Assembly (NCBI RefSeq): GCF_037042905.1
Contig: NC_087249.1
Location: 4,092,001 to 4,156,000 of the forward strand
DNA: 64,000 bases
Source: Lytechinus pictus
Lineage: Eukaryota
Direction of reading: 5' to 3'
The translations under genes were made by a program, and so were the position numbers. Below the pieces are notes generated by a model. The model made no database searches and was not told the origin of the DNA. It saw only the letters and a list, made by a program, of their open reading frames with translations. Of this stretch, positions 59,198 through 64,000 are shown one piece after another; position 1 is the stretch's first letter, and every line of letters begins with the position of its first letter.

Positions 59198-62100
59198 TAT
59201 TATTATAGAGTAGTCCATGTCCCCGATTATCTTGAAGTTTTTCATAATGTATCTTGCTCCATCATCGCATCATCTCCCGGAAGCCGAATTGGAAGAGGCT
59301 CCACATCTCAGATCTCGGATGCAAAAGAAAGGAAGGAGAAAAAATACGTAGCGCTTCTTACAACACCACCTTTGGGCTGGGGAAATAAGAATAACATACC
59401 AAAGCTTAAATTATACGTGAAGGGGAAGCCAAGGCTATAAAAAGCAAGACAACCAAATCTAACAAAACGACTTGAAAGCATATTGTTAATGTTATCTTTT
59501 TATATTTATTATTATTATTATTATTGTTGTTGTTATCGTTATCATCATTATTATTATTATTAGCATGGGAACACAATATATTGACACCGATTACACAGAA
59601 ATAAATTCCTAAGCAAAGGAAATAACGAATATTCAATACTCAGTTGAATAAACGAGGGCGACATAATCATATTTTATTACCCTCCTCATAAATGACTAAG
59701 TACATTCGAATCCTTGGGTTGCCCCCAAAAGAGAGGACGGGTTCGTAGCACTCAATATTATGAATAATGATTTTCTCACATAAAAAGGATGGCTATACAA
59801 AGAAGTGGGTGGAATAATATGAATGATTTCGGATGATGATAAACACTATCTTATCTCATCATCAGGGTTACATAGTTTCTATCTCTGTGATCGCTTATCC
59901 CCTACTCGGATTAGTACGATCTATTTATATATGCTTAGATACATACTCCATGTTATTCTTAGAATCTAATCGAGCATTTAGGAAAATAAAGATTAAATTC
60001 CAAATGTTTATATACATTATGTCTGAACAATTATGAACACATCAAATCATATTCGACAATCTGAATTACACAACTTGAAGGAATAATGTTTGTCCTGCAT
60101 GATACATAATCTTTATTACTTTCATTATGCATTGTTTTGATAAAGCCTCGTTACATACACATTCATATATTTGGTCGTAACTTCAATTATTATTATCCCA
60201 CCACGACCATTTGAACTTCGTTCAGCGATGAATCTAGAATATAATTTACCGATGACTAGATAATACGATGATTTGTAATCGATTTGCAAACTTCAAGCAA
60301 TACTTCTGATTAGTTTACTACCGTTCAACCATGTAGGTCTTTTAAACAATGCACTTAGAATAATGCTATTGATTGGTTACTTTATATATCCAAATCCCGG
60401 GACTTCTTGTCCCCGATTAATGTAACCAAATTTCTTCTAACGTTCTCGTAATGTTTATATTTTAGATATAGTAGTCGTATGTCATGTATGTATTAGCATT
60501 CTCTAATAGAAATAAACATCTGAGATTATGAGGATCTCATTTTTTTTTATTGAAACACAATAACTGTAGTTCATCCCCCAATGTCTCGTAACATAATGTA
60601 ATATAAGTCATTTGAACGGTCCAATGATTTTCTATGGGTGACCAGAAATACCATCAAAATTTACCTTTCATTAAAATGATTATTTAGTAGTTGGGAGGTG
60701 GTCATATATTAATTCCTGAATAACAATGATCATTTACACTAAAACATAATATATTATGTTCAGATGATAGTTTGATCATTGCATGGAATGGCTGATGCTG
60801 GGGATATACAGTTTGAGATTGGAAAATAATATATGTTTCAGAAATAATTTTGAATAATAAAGGTATTTGGAATGCAACGCGCAAATCAATGGGACGTAGG
60901 ATTTTCTAAAATGGTGAATGATGAAGATAGGTACATGTATCTCCCCATTCTCCCTACTCTGCAGAAATTGAAAGGTTTGTTTTACATTGAAAGTAAATAT
61001 CTAGCCTAAATAAAGTTCAAAGGCATGCAGAGTAAAATCACTAAATGCTTGCATAAATGCACAACCCTAAAGAAATTGAATTCGATTTTTTTTGCATGGT
61101 CACTTCATAAACCTTTTTGTTGTATAATTTCATTTATTGAAGAGGAAGTTTGCCATGCTATGAAGCTTATATGATTTATAAAAAAATAACAAAATGAAAT
61201 CTAGTCTGAGCTTATTGTCGATTCACAGACAGATAATATTTCATCTTCTTGCTCGATCGGTTATCATTTGCATGTTCATATTCACCACGTAAAGGCGATT
61301 GAAAACAGAATAATGTCTGCAATTCGATTTGTAAAGGAGTTGTCCTCTATTTTTCGTAAAAAAACTAACAGTTTAAATGAGAGCAACAACGCCAAATGAT
61401 GTAAATTTCATGGCGCCCTCTATTGAGATCTGTCTCTTTTAGTGTTTGGTCTGCTGTGCTGAATGGGGATTCTTGTAAATCATACTATTTCATATAATTT
61501 GTTTATGAAATGAACAATATCGTAACATGAAGAGTCCCGAAATCGGGGCATCAGCTCCGTCTGTCTATGGAATGGAGATCCCCGTGTTCTGCCGTTCTAA
61601 TTGTAGATATGTATACCCGACACGCTAAATGCTGGATGCAAAAACTCAATGCTGAATGCAAACAAAATTACAATCAAACCAACATTTCAAGTACTTTCAA
61701 AATAAATTTCAACTCTGCGCCCTTCTATTCCTTCTGAGTTTTCGAGGGCAATGAACAGATGAATGATCAGAGTCAACAAGATTTTATGTGAAAATTGATT
61801 TGACATATTTTTTTCTTTTGCCTTACCGTAATTGTTTAAGGTAGAGTGGGAGAAATCACGATCGCCACTCGTCAAATTTCCTCTTGATGACTACATTCTA
61901 CATTTTGAAAAAAAAAACAAATCCCAAAAAGGAATAATTTCTTAAACTTATTCAAAATTTACCGACGTCTAAAATGAAATACTGAGTTTTTCACTGACGT
62001 TATAACCCCCTTCCTGAATGTTCAAAGTGTATGAAATTTTATCAAATTTTCTCTTGGATGCAAACCAAGAGGATGTCAGTGGATTAAAAGCTCAGCTTAA

Positions 62101-63942
62101 GCCTCTAATTAATAAAATAATTTGTATGAATCATGAGCATGTTGGCCCGGGATTAATCAATACGTCACCTCAAGCTTGGTAACTGAATATAATAAATTCA
62201 GGCCTGGTTATGTAAAGGATGCTATGGAAATTCTGCAATTCGTTTTACTTGTTAAATCCCATGTACCTGGGACCTATTTGGCATCAATACAGATTTAGTC
62301 AATGTAAGTCAAGAAAAATTATAACACATGTTTCAATTAATGTATTTATCTTGATTGGTCATTAAATTTCCTTCAAATATGGTTGGTAAAGATTCAAACA
62401 ATTTCAGAATAGTCAGATAACCATACTCGAACTAATCAGGGGCAATTAATAAATCATTTGTAATCTGAATCTGAAAGAAATGTGGCTATTTTTAATGAAG
62501 CTTGATAAGATTAATGAATATTGATTAAATATCAAATGAGGCGGAGTAGTTTGATCACGATGAACAATTTCTAACCTGTGAATTCAAGTAATCCCTATAA
62601 AACCTTATTGAAATAATGATCCGATACTTTTATTAGATTTTTTTCACCAAAACGAATGATATTTTCATAGTCTTATAATCTGCAGCACACCTAATTGAAA
62701 CGATTTAGTTGTCAGGTTTGCCAATTTAACAGTATTTCCCTTACGCACAAAAGAAACACAACGTTTACTTCACCCTTGATAGCCCTTCACTGACAGTTTT
62801 ATGGTTTATCGGAAGGGGTTGGGTGGAGGGAAGCTGCACAGTTGTCAAAGTCTTTACCATGGTTAGAAGAATTTATCTGTTCGGGATAATAACAACCAAA
62901 TACATAATGGTGTAATACAATTTACTCAAAAGAGATTATAAATACCAAAGAGTTTCAACACAACTAACTCTTTAAATAGGTAGCCAGTTGATTCGACCCG
63001 TCACTCATTAATTAAACTAAGAATATCAGACAGCCATTAAGAACCCGTGTCCATTGGGGGGAAATGGAGCCAAGGGAGATGGTATCACATGTTCTTTGGG
63101 TTTCCTTCACCGAGGTTATTATGTTTCCTACATCACGTGTCCCATCTGTACAGTCAGGCACCCGCTGTCATGAACAACGCAATTTGCCCGATGTAGGCTA
63201 GGTCGTCATTTAAAATGGCGTCGTGAAGCTTCTAAGTGCAAACTGCAAAGAATACTTCTTCCGAATTACAGATTCCTTTCATTTAGGCAATATAGCAAAT
63301 CTATATCAACCATAATATGCATGATATGTAAGGCCTTACTCTGTAAAATGGCAATCGTCAATCCGTCACATTTTTCTGAGAGTAACTATATAACCACTGT
63401 AATTATGAAAATGTGTAGTATTCTAGAGGTAAGTAATTGGACACTGCAATTCAGAACAGTTGCTGCGCAATGAAGGTGCAGGTAAACCAAAGTTCTGCGA
63501 GACTGTGAGTTACCAACAAATAGTAAGGTATCATGCCTTGCTTTCATCTGGCTTTTGTCCTAGAGCGTCAAGGTTGTGAAGTGAATTTTACCGTTTTTAT
63601 ACCCCATAGTCTAGGTTCAGACAGAAAGACAAGGGGTTGTAGTTCAAAGTGTTTCATAACTTAGTAAATACTAATACTAGTACAACAAACGCCTACATAG
63701 CAAAGCCCAAAACGTCTATCAATGTCTTTATATTAAGACTCCGTATGTCACGTGGTAGTGGGAGGGATCCTGAATGAGTAATGATATTTCCCTTGCCCTT
63801 CGAGCTCTTGATGGACTTTCCCAGGTTTTCTGGTTATATCACTTCATTTCCGGTCCGTGGTCTCCGAAGATGACATTCCCTTTGACATGTTCTAGATGTG
63901 CCAATAGAGATGGGGGTGCTGAGCCCAAAGGCTAGGCCTATA

Positions 63943-64000
63943 AGGGGTAGGTACTCCAGGCTGAAAATGATATAACGTGAACAGAAAAATCAGACAAAGA
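63943..64000 (+). mobile_element. Left end of a Kolobok-like element running off the window
   Basis: AGGGGTAGGTACTCCAGGCTGAAAA...AGAAAAATCAGAC matches the 30310-31176 family. Confidence 0.5.

Noticed and set aside
59217-59490. Possible seventh signal-peptide exon or hydrophobic ORF (VVLLDLVVLLFIALASPSRII; MLSSRFVRFGCLAF...)
   Set aside because: The hydrophobic frame lacks a suitable ATG and ends in a stop. The ATG frame is a poor signal peptide, and I found no downstream acidic/TM exon to join it to.

Overview
AT-rich eukaryotic genomic DNA, almost certainly sea urchin (Lytechinus-like, judged from a recognisable P16 protein and echinoid-type repeats). The core of the window is a cluster of six two-coding-exon genes spanning 3.3-50 kb. 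In every gene a tiny signal-peptide exon (34-64 nt, invisible to the ORF track) is joined by a phase-1 GT-AG intron to one large exon encoding an acidic, low-complexity ectodomain and a C-terminal membrane anchor. Gene 5 is the skeletogenic (biomineralization) gene P16. Genes 1-4 are P16-related type-I membrane proteins. They share a 46-nt first coding exon, an N-terminal [RE]-Q-[TN]-x-F-D-x-P-[FL]-x-Q motif (degenerate in gene 2) and an S-V-G-[IV]-A-F-A-V-L-type TM start, but each carries a chemically different acidic tract. Gene 6 is a distinct protein with RRRR followed by a Ser/Glu tract and a GPI-like tail. Intergenic and intronic DNA holds tRNA-derived SINEs, many non-autonomous DNA transposons (several nested, some with exact TSDs), a ~3.1-kb 56-bp minisatellite with higher-order structure, microsatellites, and candidate CTCF, Ets and bZIP sites. 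All gene models were assembled by eye from splice signals and frame; none is transcript-verified here.
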